A stretch of DNA of 60,828 bases, counting the filler, from Jimgerdemannia flammicorona (lineage: Eukaryota), in the NCBI GenBank assembly GCA_003990765.1. It is 2 parts of 2 records of this genome, joined end to end, with 100 filler letters (N's around TTAATTAATTAA, not from the genome) between each part and the next. Parts side by side here need not be neighbours in the genome. Positions count along the whole stretch, not along the records: positions 30,492 to 60,828 come from RBNJ01000447.1; 1 more part is not named here. One strand, 5' to 3'. How positions within the stretch are numbered: position 1 is the stretch's first letter; the number at the start of each line of letters is the position of its first letter. Position numbers and translations under genes: made by a program. This document shows positions 50,501 to 60,828 of this stretch, in pieces. Below the pieces are notes generated by a model. The model saw only the letters and a list, made by a program, of their open reading frames with translations, did not search any database and was not told the origin of the DNA.

Positions 50501-51218
50501 ATTGGTGATAGAATAGAATACCAAAGGGGACCAGGCCAGGATATGTAGCCTAGCAGTTGACAAGAGGTTGGAATTGGAGAAGAGTGAGACTGATGGTATT
50601 TGGATCTGGAGTGCCGCAGTATGAAAATGGATGCCGTTGAAGTACTGGGTGGTCTGGTGGCATATGCTGAGGAGGAATGTATTGCTCAACTTTGGCTCAG
50701 GGCACCTTATCATAGGGGATTGCTTTGACTATGAGGAGTGCCATAATGTAGGGCAGGAGGGGGGCTTTGTACAGATGCCAGAACATTGGCTAGAGGAGTG
50801 TGAGGTGTTGGGAGACTTTTGGTGGGTCATTGGGGACCACTTGGGAGTGAGGCATAGGAGAGATGAAGTACAGGAGAGGTGGGAGGACTTGAGAGATCGG
50901 TTGGTAGGCAGGGTAGGAAAGGAGTGGATTATCTTAGGCTGGGCATTGGCTATTTGGGTTGGGCTGGCCAGTCACTGGCTGTTTGATTTTGAGGATGAGA
51001 GGTGACAGAGCTTGGGGAGCTGGTTGTCATGGTGGTAGTGGCTTATGGAAGACACCTTGATAGACTGGTGGCTTGGTTGGGAGCTGCAGGGGGGTTGGAG
51101 GCGCCACTTGGTGGAGAAAATCTGTGGACAGAGTGGTGGGAGAGTTGGAGTCATTGGTGAGAGGGTGATTTTTATTTGTAAAGGGGTGGGGAGGGGCTCC
51201 CCAATGGGGATCGGATAG
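47572..51218 (+). pseudogene. LINE ORF2: APE endonuclease and RT
   Basis: SLNVNGL, GGDFN, RIDWIL, DHW; APGEDG, LDQEKTYD, GVPQGDPLSP, AFVDD, YLGI. Confidence 0.93.
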
Positions 51219-51458
51219 TAGGTGGTGATATTGTATATTTATTCATAGACTGGTAATAAAGATGGAGTCCAAATAACTATAAAAAAAAAAAAAAAAAAAA
51301 AGCAATGGTTGCTGTGTCTGGTTACTATACTATGTATTCATGTCATCTGGCTAAGTTACTAATTGTTCACATCATCTGGCTAAGTTATAATTCAGGTGAT
51401 ATGTTTTGGTTTATTACATCAGCCTCTACTAAAGGATAGTCTGTCCTCAGACTGTCCT

Positions 51459-51974
51459 TTAGTCATCATCTCAGTGTAGATAGGTATCTTCTGTATCAAT
51501 ATCCATTCCATCATCTTTGTCATCTGTACTATGATTGCTCAATTCCAAGAGTTCTTCTTCTTCTTCTGGGAACAGGATTTCAACAGCTTTGATGATGCTC
51601 AGGTAACTGACCAGGTTCATTCTTTATACATCATATCAGGGGAATTGTGCTTGTAACAAGGCTGCAGAATTGTATTTATAAAGAGTGTAGAGCCTATCTG
51701 TAGTAGTGATATCTCTTCTTGATAGTTCTGTGGTATTTCTGATGTATGTTTGTTCTGGGGCTGGAAAATTCTGCAATTGTTCTCTAATTGCATAATGGGT
51801 CTGAAGTTGATAGATCTGTAACAATTATCTGGCCAGGACAAGATTCTCTTGATGAATCTGAATTCTCTGGAGAGTGTTCCCATTGACTTCTCAGAATTGG
51901 GGTAGAGGAATCAGTACTGATTGAAATGAGCTGAGGACAAGAGTCTGGAGGTGGTTGTCAACTCTCTGATTCAT
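51459..51974 (-). pseudogene. Accessory ORF of Gypsy-3 (171 aa) between integrase and PPT
   Basis: ATG overlaps the integrase end; 516-nt single frame MNQRVDNHLQ...IYQLQTHYAIREQL...DRLYTLY, with acidic tail. Confidence 0.75.
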
Positions 51975-54824
51975 GATATTGGGAAAGGTATATCTTGAGA
52001 CAATTGATGTATACTGGTATCCTCAGGGTTCATCCATCTATATCTTTTAAATAGATGCTGATTCCTCTGATATTGTGTACAAGATAAGGTCCTTCCCATT
52101 TGGGCTCCAATTTGGCAGCAAAGTTTGTTTCAATTATGCTTCTTCTAACTAGTACTTGATCTCCAATCTTGATCTACTGGTCCTTCTATTTCTGGTCATA
52201 GTACTTCTTTTGTCTTTCTTGGGCTTTGGTAATCTGAACTTGGGCCTGATTACATAACTGTTATGCCTTCTTGAGGAGGTGTTCAAGATTCTCATGGTCA
52301 GTAGTTTTAGTTTTCTTGGCAAACATCATTTTGAATGGCTTTTGATTGGTGGAGGTAGCAGGGGTGTTCTGAATTTCCCATAGGATCTCAGATAAGCAGA
52401 GGTCCCAGTTGGTAGAATTGACTCAGGCAAGTCCTTTCTTGATAGTCTGGTTTATTCTTTCTGTCATGCCATTGGTCTGAGGGTGATATAATGTGGTCCA
52501 TTTGAGGTGGACCTTGGGAATTCAGGCATAACTTGTAATTATGTTGCTGATAAATTCTGTGCCTCAGTCAGAGATAAATTCCTCTGGGGGTCTATATCTG
52601 AGTGGGAGTCCATGGAGAAGGCCTACAATAGTTAAGACTGCTTAGTCAGATGTTCATCAAATATAAGGATGTATTTGTTTCTTCTTGGTATAACTGGTAG
52701 GGGTCTAATTATGTCTACTCCCAATCTCTGAAAGATGTTGTCTGATGGTGTGATTGGTGGCAGTGGTGCTTGGTAGTTCTTTCTTCCTTAGTACTTCCAG
52801 TAGGTGTCACATTTCTTGAGTATGTTCCAGACTTATATTCTGAGATTGAGCCAATGTTGCTATATTGTTTGCAACTTTTTTTCTATATTTGCTTGTCCTT
52901 GGTGAGCTTTCTGGTATTCCTTTCAGATGAGATCTTCTTGTGCCTTGATAGTCTGAGGAGCTTCCTTTAGAGTGTAGCTCCTCTAGACACCCTTCTTCTG
53001 GTTTCTTGGGGCTGGTGGGAAAGTACATCAACATTGTTATGAGCTTTCCCTGCTTTGTGGATGATGGTGATTTTGTAATCCTGAAGGATAAGAATTCAGT
53101 GGGCTAGGATTCTGATGGGTTCCTTGTAGTTGAATAGCCATTTGATGGCTGCATGGTCTATGATCAGTGTGAATTTTTTTCCAATTAAGTAATGCTTGGA
53201 CAGGGTGATAACCCATATGACTACAAGATATTCCAGCTTAGTGCTACCACAGTTTATCTGCTGCTGATTGATGGCTCAGCTTGTATAAGCTATCACATAG
53301 TATTGTTGGTAAGGTCCTTCTTAGACTAGAACTGCTCCTAGGCTATCTCAGAAAGTATCTGTATATAAGATAAATGGCTTCAGTAGATTGGGGCATACAG
53401 GGATTAGTACTATAGTCATGTGGTTCTTGAGTTCTTTGAACACTTTCTCTTGTGATTCTGTCCATTTGAATGGCACTTCTTTCTTGAGAAGAATTCAGAT
53501 TGGAGCAGTGATTTGGGTGAAATCCTTGATAAATCTTCTGTAGTAGGATACTAGTAGTAGGAATGATAATGTTTCCTTCAGGGTCTTGGGTACTGGCCAG
53601 TTGTTGATATTCTTGGTTTTCTTTTGGTCTGTATGAGTTCCTTCTTTTGAAACTATGAATTCAAGGAATTCAAGTTTTTGTTTCCCGAAATAATATTTCT
53701 TGGCATTGAGTCTCAGATAGTTCTTGTGGGTGAGCTTGAAGAATTCCTCCAGGTGGTGCAGGTGTTCTTTGAAGTTTGCTGAATAGATGTTGGAATCATC
53801 TATGTATACAATCAGGCAGTGGTAGATCAAGGGGGCATAGACTGAATTCATCATCCTCTGAAAGGTGGGGGGAGCATTGCAAAGTCCAAAGGGCATTCAG
53901 AGGTATTCAAACAGTTTTCTTAGACCAAGGAAGGCTGTCTTTTGAATGTCTTTTGGGTCCATGGGGATCTTGTGGAATCCTATGAAAAGGTCCATACTGC
54001 TGAAGTATCTGGCATCTTATAACTGATCCAAAAGGTCATTGATTCTGGGCAAAGGATAGGCATCCTTTTTGGTGACTGAATTGAGTTTCCTGTAATCTAC
54101 ACAGAGTCTCCATCCTTCTTTCGTTGGTATAATAAGTATGGGCTGGCCCAGGGACTGGTAGAGGGTCGGATAACTCCATTGTCTAAGAGCTCTTGAATGT
54201 ACTCCTTTTTGAATGTGTTTAGGTGATGAAGTATTCTATAGGGGTTCTGTTGGATGCGTGTTGCTTTTCCTGTATTTATGCTGTAGTGATATGATGGGTT
54301 GTATGGTAGGTTGCCATAGTCAGTGGTGAAGATATCTTGATATTTGTTGAGAAGTTCTACTAGTTGTTACTATTGTTGGGATGTCAATTCTTCTCCAATG
54401 TTGGTGGAAGGCTTCACTGTCTCCTGGGTCGCAGAGGGGTCTTTCCTTTCTTCTGGGACCTTTTGCTGTTTCCTGATAAGTTTAGTTCATAAACTTCTCT
54501 ATGAGTTCAGCTGAGAAAAGGCACCAGATGTCCTATGATGATTCCTTTGGCAAGATGATGGTTTTCTAACTTTGGTTGGTTGTTTGGGAGTATACTGGAT
54601 TCATCTTGTTGAGGAATGTGTATCCTTCTATGTCCTGGTGAGGGATATCTTCCTTGGGTTCAAAGAAAAGGTTTCTGGGGTCAGGTGGTGCAAATATTTC
54701 GAAGGTGGTTTGTTCTCCAGGCTCCAGGATGAGATTCTTATACAGTTTGACTGGTTGGCAGTATACCTGCTGGCAGATATTCCTTTTGAGGTGGTTGACT
54801 TGAAGAAGATATACTTCCTTCTTA

Positions 54825-55230
54825 TCTGAACTTCTAAATCCTTTGACATTTCTTATTCTTTTGGTCAATTCAGAGACTTCTTGTAATTGTGGGGTCTTGA
54901 TCTTCATGAAGATAGCTTGAGCAATCTTCTGTCCTCTAATGATTTGGTGCTATTCTGTACTGCTATTGTGTAAAATGACCTTGATTTTGGCTATATATCC
55001 TGGGTCAATGGTTCCTCTTTCTACAGTTATTCCTTGTCTGATAAGTCCAGATCTTGAGATCAGTTAGATGTAAGCTCCTCAGAGTGGTTGCATGGCCAGT
55101 CCAGTTCTGATCATGAATGTTTTTCCAGGCTTGATGGATTCATCCTCCAGACTGTGAAGATCATATCCTATATCTTCTGAGTGGCTTTGGTCGGGGGTTT
55201 GGCCTTGGGATATAGCAGGGCATACTGGGC
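54825..55230 (-). pseudogene. dUTPase domain of Gypsy-3 (between protease and RT)
   Basis: GYDL, SRSGL, GTIDPGY, KIAQ, RNVKGFRSS. Confidence 0.88.
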
Positions 55231-57776
55231 AACATCCTCACTGAGTTTGGACTGTTCTTGGGCTGAGACTCTACTAGCAGAGAGCATCCAGGCTCTAAGA
55301 TTGAGGTGTGGCCATCTGGCTCCAGTAGAGGGGTCTCAGAGATATTGATTCCCCTTCTTCCTGTAGGGTCTAGTGCTTTCATGAAGTTGGTGGCATCTTC
55401 TACCCATCTCTGGCAGGTTGCATATATGATGAGGGCAATGATGTCTTCTCCTAAATCATAGATCTTGAGGGTCCTTCTTCCTGGCTTCTTGGTCTGGCTT
55501 TTTCAAATCTGGCCTCTGTTTTCTCCTCTCTTCAAGGTGTAAATTGCAACATCATGACTGAGGTGAATCTTCTGATATCTTTAGTCTCAGCAGTCTGGGT
55601 GTCTTCTATGGTTGCAATATCCCATTGCTCAGAAATGATGTTCCCAGTTGTTGATTTCTTGTTGTCTCAGAAATCAGTATCCATCTTGATCATAAGTTGG
55701 GAGAAGAGTAGACAAGGGGTATATTTCTGTTTGGGTGAAGAAATCTTGTCCTCTAAATTACTTTGTAACCTTGTGGTAACTTCTTGAAATGTAGTTGACT
55801 GTGCTACTATAGTTGGGGGTTCTGGTCTTTAGGGTCTCTGTCTTTCTTGCTGGTCTAGTAGATGGCACTGATAGCAGTAGTCTTGGGGAGAGTGAAAGAC
55901 CATTTGATGTTGACATCTTCCTAGCCAAAATGCCCTCTCTTGGTGAGTTTCTTTCTTGGGAATAATGGGGATTGTGCTTCATCCTTCTTCCATATTCCAA
56001 GGATCATTATCTTCAGGTAGTGTCCAGCAAGGGTCATCACAGGGAATGAGTTTGGGAACCTCTTCTTCTTCAGATGCTTCTTATTCAGGAACTTCTTGGT
56101 CAGGAACTTCTTCTTCCTCAGATAATTCTTGGCCTGAAATGGCTTGTACTTCTGCAGCTTCAGCTGCAGGTGTTTCTGGAACATGTCTGCATTTCTTCTT
56201 CTTTCTTCTACACTTGGGGCAAGCTGTGCCAGGCGAATTCCTTGTTCCAATAATCTTGGAGGAGTGCTTGGGGCACTTGTATCTCTTGAGGCAGGTAGCA
56301 TTCTTTGATTTCTTCTGCAATGGCTCTGATGGTAATGGGGACAGTATTCTTGACCCATACATTATCTTCTGGTCTGTTATCCACTAGGTTAATTTAGGGA
56401 TTGAGTTCAGGATCATTTCCATCTTCAGATTCTTCTTCCTCCTCTGTAGTAGATTCTTCACTGCTGGCATATTCTTCCTGGATGGTGAACTTCTTTTTCT
56501 TCTTTAATTACTCATAGCTAGTCATCTTGACTCTATTCTTCTTGCCTCAATAGTCAAACTTGAGTACTTGTAGACTGATATCAACAACTGCATTCATTTC
56601 CTTCATCTAGTTGGTACCAAGGATCATGTCATAGGTAACAGCTTCAGTGACAATAGCTTTTGGGATAGAGAACTGAATGTGTCTAAGGGAAATAGTGATG
56701 TTTTCTACTTCTCCAATGGGTTGAGTTCAGGCTCCATCTGCTACTATGATGCTGAGGTTGGATAGTCCATCAATGGGCCATTAGAGGGTGTCCAGGAACC
56801 ATTTGGCAATAACACAGACTGCTGGTCCTGTGTCTATAAGGATTTTTGCCTTTTGTCCTCCAATGTCTCTATGTAAGTAAGTGCTGACATGTCTTTCTGC
56901 AGCTTGGATAGGAATGGAGGCTGATTCTTGTTGTGGGATTGGAACTCGGCCAGTGCTAGACCTGGTGGTTCTCAGCAATTTGTTTTGAACTCCAGCTGGT
57001 ATCAGTTGCAGGAACTGCAGAAGAGGGACTTCCATCTTGGCTTCTTGAATCTTTTGTCAGGCTTCATTGTAGATATCTCTGGACATGGTCTTCAGGGTGT
57101 ACATCTTCTTAGGCTTTGAGGCAGGCTCTTATTCATCTTGTTCCATTTTTTTATCTTCTGGTAGTAGCTCATTTGTCAAGAGAACAAAGGGTGAGGGAGT
57201 TTGGAGAGATTTTTCTATCTGCTCCTCCCCATGTTCTTCGTCTTCTTCTTGGATAATTCTTCTGCTGATATTCCTGGATGGCCTTCCTACAGGTCTCTTT
57301 CTTTTTTCTGCTGGGTAGACTGTTTTCCAGGTAGTAACCTTGGTAGGGTATAGGTCCAGGTCATTGTAGTCTTCACTGTTGCTTGCCTCCTTGAAATCTT
57401 CAATAGGATGGGCTTCAGTCTTCTTGTACTGAGTGTCATTTCTTCAGTTTAATTGTTCTGAGTCCCTTCAGTCACTTCTTTTATTATCATATTCAGTGGC
57501 ATAGTGTCCAAATTGTCCACAGTGGAAGCATTGGACTTGGGCTCTGTCTTGGACTGGGTATCTTCTTTCCTCTTGCTAGTAGCTTCTGTTATCTCTTAGT
57601 GGATAACCTTGACTCCTCTAGGGTGGGTATCCTCTGTTGTCTTGATAACTCTGATTTTCATGTATAGTAAGTTTTTCAATCTGTCCAACCAATTGATCCA
57701 ACTTAGAGTTGAGGTCTTGGATTTCATTCCTGTCCTACTTTCCTTCCTTGGCTGACCTTCTTTCTTCAACCCTCTG

Positions 57777-60700
57777 TCATATCCTATCCATAAGGGATTC
57801 CAATGAGAGTACATAGAGGATAGGTAATAGTAGATCTCCTTGAGAGATCCCTCTCTCTAAGACCGATATCCCACCCCTATAGCTATTATATAAAATAGCT
57901 ACCTTACTATCTTCTAGTAAAATAATCATTGAGATCTGGAATTGTTGTGAGACTCTAATTCTGTTAAGCACTTTACTCAGCCAGACATGCCTCACCTGAT
58001 CATAGGCTTTTTCTTGATCCAAAAAAACTAGTCTCCATCCAGACCACTCATTCTAGCCCCTTCAATGATACAATACATCCATATAGTACTATCTTGAATA
58101 AGGTGGCCCCCAACAAAGTCATGCTACTCCTCACCCAGTATCTATAGGGCCACATGCTATAGTCATACCACTATCACTTTGGTAACCAACTTTCTGTCCA
58201 TATCCAGGAGCATGATCAGTCTCCAGTTCTTCCAATCCTCTCGATTACCTTTATTCTTGTAGAGTAATGTCACTAAGCCAAGATCCTGCTTACCAACCCA
58301 TCTTTCTGTTAAGAGAATATGATTACACAGTATCACCTTTCTCTAGAACTCTAAAGACTCTTACTATTCACTTTCAGAAATTCCAAGAGAGCCTGTCCTT
58401 ATCTGGGGCCATGCCTGACTTTGTTGTAGAAATGACCTGCTAAATCTCCTCCTCCTGAAATGGCCAAGACAGCCTTTCAATACTATCTACCAGGAGTAGA
58501 TTCCAGTCCTCTAGAGCAAGCTTAATGTTCTCAGCACCAGAACCCCCAGCCTTCTCACTCTATAAATTGCTCCATTATTCCTTAAGAGTACTAAGGATCT
58601 GCTGGATACTATGAACAATTATGGTCTTCAAATCAACTATGCCCTCCCATCTCTGCTTTATCTGTCTGGCCTGAAGTAGCCAAGACAGATATCTAGTGGG
58701 CCTCTCCCCCTCCTCCAACCCCTACCACTGCAACCAAGCAACCATCCCCTTCATACACACCCCCTCCTCCTCTCTCAAGACAGTTTGCAGCTCCACTATC
58801 TCTAATTTGGTATGCACCAACTTCTAATTATCAACATCTTTCAAACTCAGCAATTCAGATCAAGCTCCCTGCAGCTGAACAAGTCTTTTGGAGGCCTAAT
58901 TCACCCTCTCCCTCCTCTGTCTTCCTGCTATCTGACCAGCCTTCTCTCAGTAAACCCTGGTATTTTCCTTTAATTACCCCCAATGATCATCTATAGAGAG
59001 ATCCTTACCAATCTAACTGCCAATATTATACTGAATATCTATAGCCCACCTGTCCCACAGCTCCCCCTCTGCTAGTAGAGAGAAGTTGAGTTACCAATGT
59101 CCAGGTCCATCCCCACTCCCTTCAAAATGACCCTGTCCCAATAGCTCCCAATGATCAGACTATGGACACTACTTAGCCTCCAGTGACTTTCAAATATCCA
59201 AGCCCCAGCATTCTGCCATCAGCATTCAGTTAATGCTTGTCTCCAAGCCATTTGCACAGTGTATATATATCCTCCTATCTCCCCAGAACTCTCTGCCAGT
59301 ATCCACCAGAGAGCTCAGCCTTTTTACTTTCTTCTATATCTCTAGACCCCCACTCCTGTCTCCAGTCCCCCACTCTCCATCAGTTCTATCTGTCAGTACA
59401 TCTCAGACCATATTAAAGTCCTCTTCAAGAATATCCACTCCAGCCTCTGCAAGGGCCCTACTTTTCCAGAGTCTCTTCATCCACTCTACTCACTCATTAC
59501 ACACAGTGGGACAGTAGCAGAAACCTACTGTTACTAGCTCCCAATCTGGCCAAATCCACTCTCTCCAAACCAGCCTATCTCTCCAGCTCCTCACATCTCA
59601 TATCTCCCCTCCACCTCTCCAGACCAAAATTCCAATCTAGTTCTTCTTAACTATCTCATCTCCCTATTTCTTTGTTCAATCCAGTCTATCTAAGTTCTCT
59701 TTATATCTAAAATCCTGCAAATAAAAGAGATCAGCCTCCAATCTCTTCAGCTAAGTAAAAATATTCTAGCAATGAACTGAACCCCATAGCTCATTTACAT
59801 TTAAAGAAAAAATATTAGTTGTACTATTCATAAGAAATAATATTAGTTGTACTATTCATAAGAAATAATATTAGTTGTACTATTTATAAGAAATAATGAT
59901 AAAGTTAATTGCAATCGATACAGCTCCACATTCATCTCCTCTATTGCTAAGTCCAAATCACATTCAATAGTCACCTCCTCCTCTTCAACCCTCTTAGTCT
60001 TCAATCCAACCAGTAATTCTGCTAGCTCTACATTCTCCTTTTCCTCAAAGTCCTCATGATACTCTAAGCAGGTCTCCTGCTAGAGCTGCAATCTATGTCT
60101 CTCTGCCCATCAGAGGGCTGTTTGCTCACTAGCAACAATCACCAGCTCTGCCTCTCTTGCCTTATTGATCTCATATCCTTTCTCTTCTAAGAAAACTGCA
60201 AGCACCTCCACCTTCAGGGCCTCTACCACTCTATTGTTATACAGGATTTACACCCATTGCTCATCACTAAGCACCCTTAGGTCTACTTCTCCAAACTTCT
60301 CGGCTGCTAAGTTATTCATCATCCAACATATCTATTATAGGTTACCCACCTCCTTTTCACCTATAGTTGCCAGTCTCTCTTCTTTCAACATCGAGATATC
60401 AGTCTCTACACTCGCAGTCTTATCCCACCCCTCCTCAGAGACATCCACCAATTCATTCTCACTAGCTGCCACCACCTATTCTCTTTTCACTATCTTAGGA
60501 ACTCCAAAGTACACTTGTAGGGCACCTTGCATAGACACATCCTCTATTGCCCAGCCCCTTGATACTGGACCCACCTGATAAGAGGAGGTGTATTCTTTCA
60601 GACTTCAAATATACCATCCTTATACAGGTCTTGGCAGTATCTTTCTGGCTTCCTCTGGACCCTCCTCCACATTCTCTCCACTTTCACTAGTCCAGATACT

Positions 60701-60815
60701 TACTTTGGCTCCCTTAGTATCTTCAAGACCACCAGTGACCCTCTTTGCCTTTTCCTCCAAGTTTGCCAGCAACTTCTTCTGCCTCTTGCATTCTTGGGAC
60801 CTCTCCCATAGCTCC
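57777..60815 (-). mobile_element. Second decayed L1/Tx1-like LINE (ORF1 part, APE and RT), 3'-truncated at the junction with Gypsy-3
   Basis: DQEKAYD, GISQGDLL, SLNVNEL; colinear with ~46630-49620. Followed by a T run at the window end. Confidence 0.88.
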
Positions 60816-60828
60816 TTTTTTTTTTTTT

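Larger units (their letters stand above)
45426..51300 (+). mobile_element. Full-length decayed L1/Tx1-like LINE
   Basis: Two ORFs; AATAAA and poly(A); 15-bp degenerate TSD agtaatagttgctgt / agcaatggttgctgt (45411-45425, 51301-51315). Confidence 0.93.
51301..57776 (-). mobile_element. Gypsy-3: 5'-truncated element (gag end, PR, long insert, dUTPase, RT, RH, IN, accessory ORF, 3' LTR start at 51418)
   Basis: CFHCGQFGH knuckle; LIDTG; MPFGLCNAPPTFQ and YIDD; YHPQTNGMTER; KWEGPY. The LTR continues at ~45362-45425 across the LINE. Confidence 0.9.

Noticed and set aside
56185..56230. Zn2Cys6 (GAL4-type) domain ACPKCRRKKKKC in Gypsy-3
   Set aside because: Only half the motif is present; better explained as the CxxC half of the C-H-C-C finger seen in the other elements.

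Overview
A repeat-saturated eukaryotic window, probably from an early-diverging fungus (inferred from the RPS29 retrocopy sequence and the element types), with a 100-nt artificial contig linker at 30392-30491. Nearly all of it is nested, transition-mutated retroelements. These comprise one full-length chromovirus-type Ty3/Gypsy (1051-12044; 2031-bp LTRs, PBS, PPT, 5-bp TSD) and remnants of at least three other Gypsy families. There is also a ~9-kb palindrome of two endonuclease-less Penelope-like elements, an Ngaro-type tyrosine-recombinase retrotransposon, three L1/Tx1-like LINEs, a 1.2-kb poly(A) non-autonomous retroposon family and a processed RPS29 pseudogene. Main hunt result: three different Gypsy families each carry a homologous, unannotated sense-strand accessory ORF after integrase. 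It has a ~140-aa shared domain plus an acidic tail and lies inside the LTR in two of the three cases. Three Gypsy elements also carry dUTPase and a small C-x1-2-H...C-x2-C finger in different domain orders. All alignments and ancestral reconstructions were done by eye and need computational confirmation.
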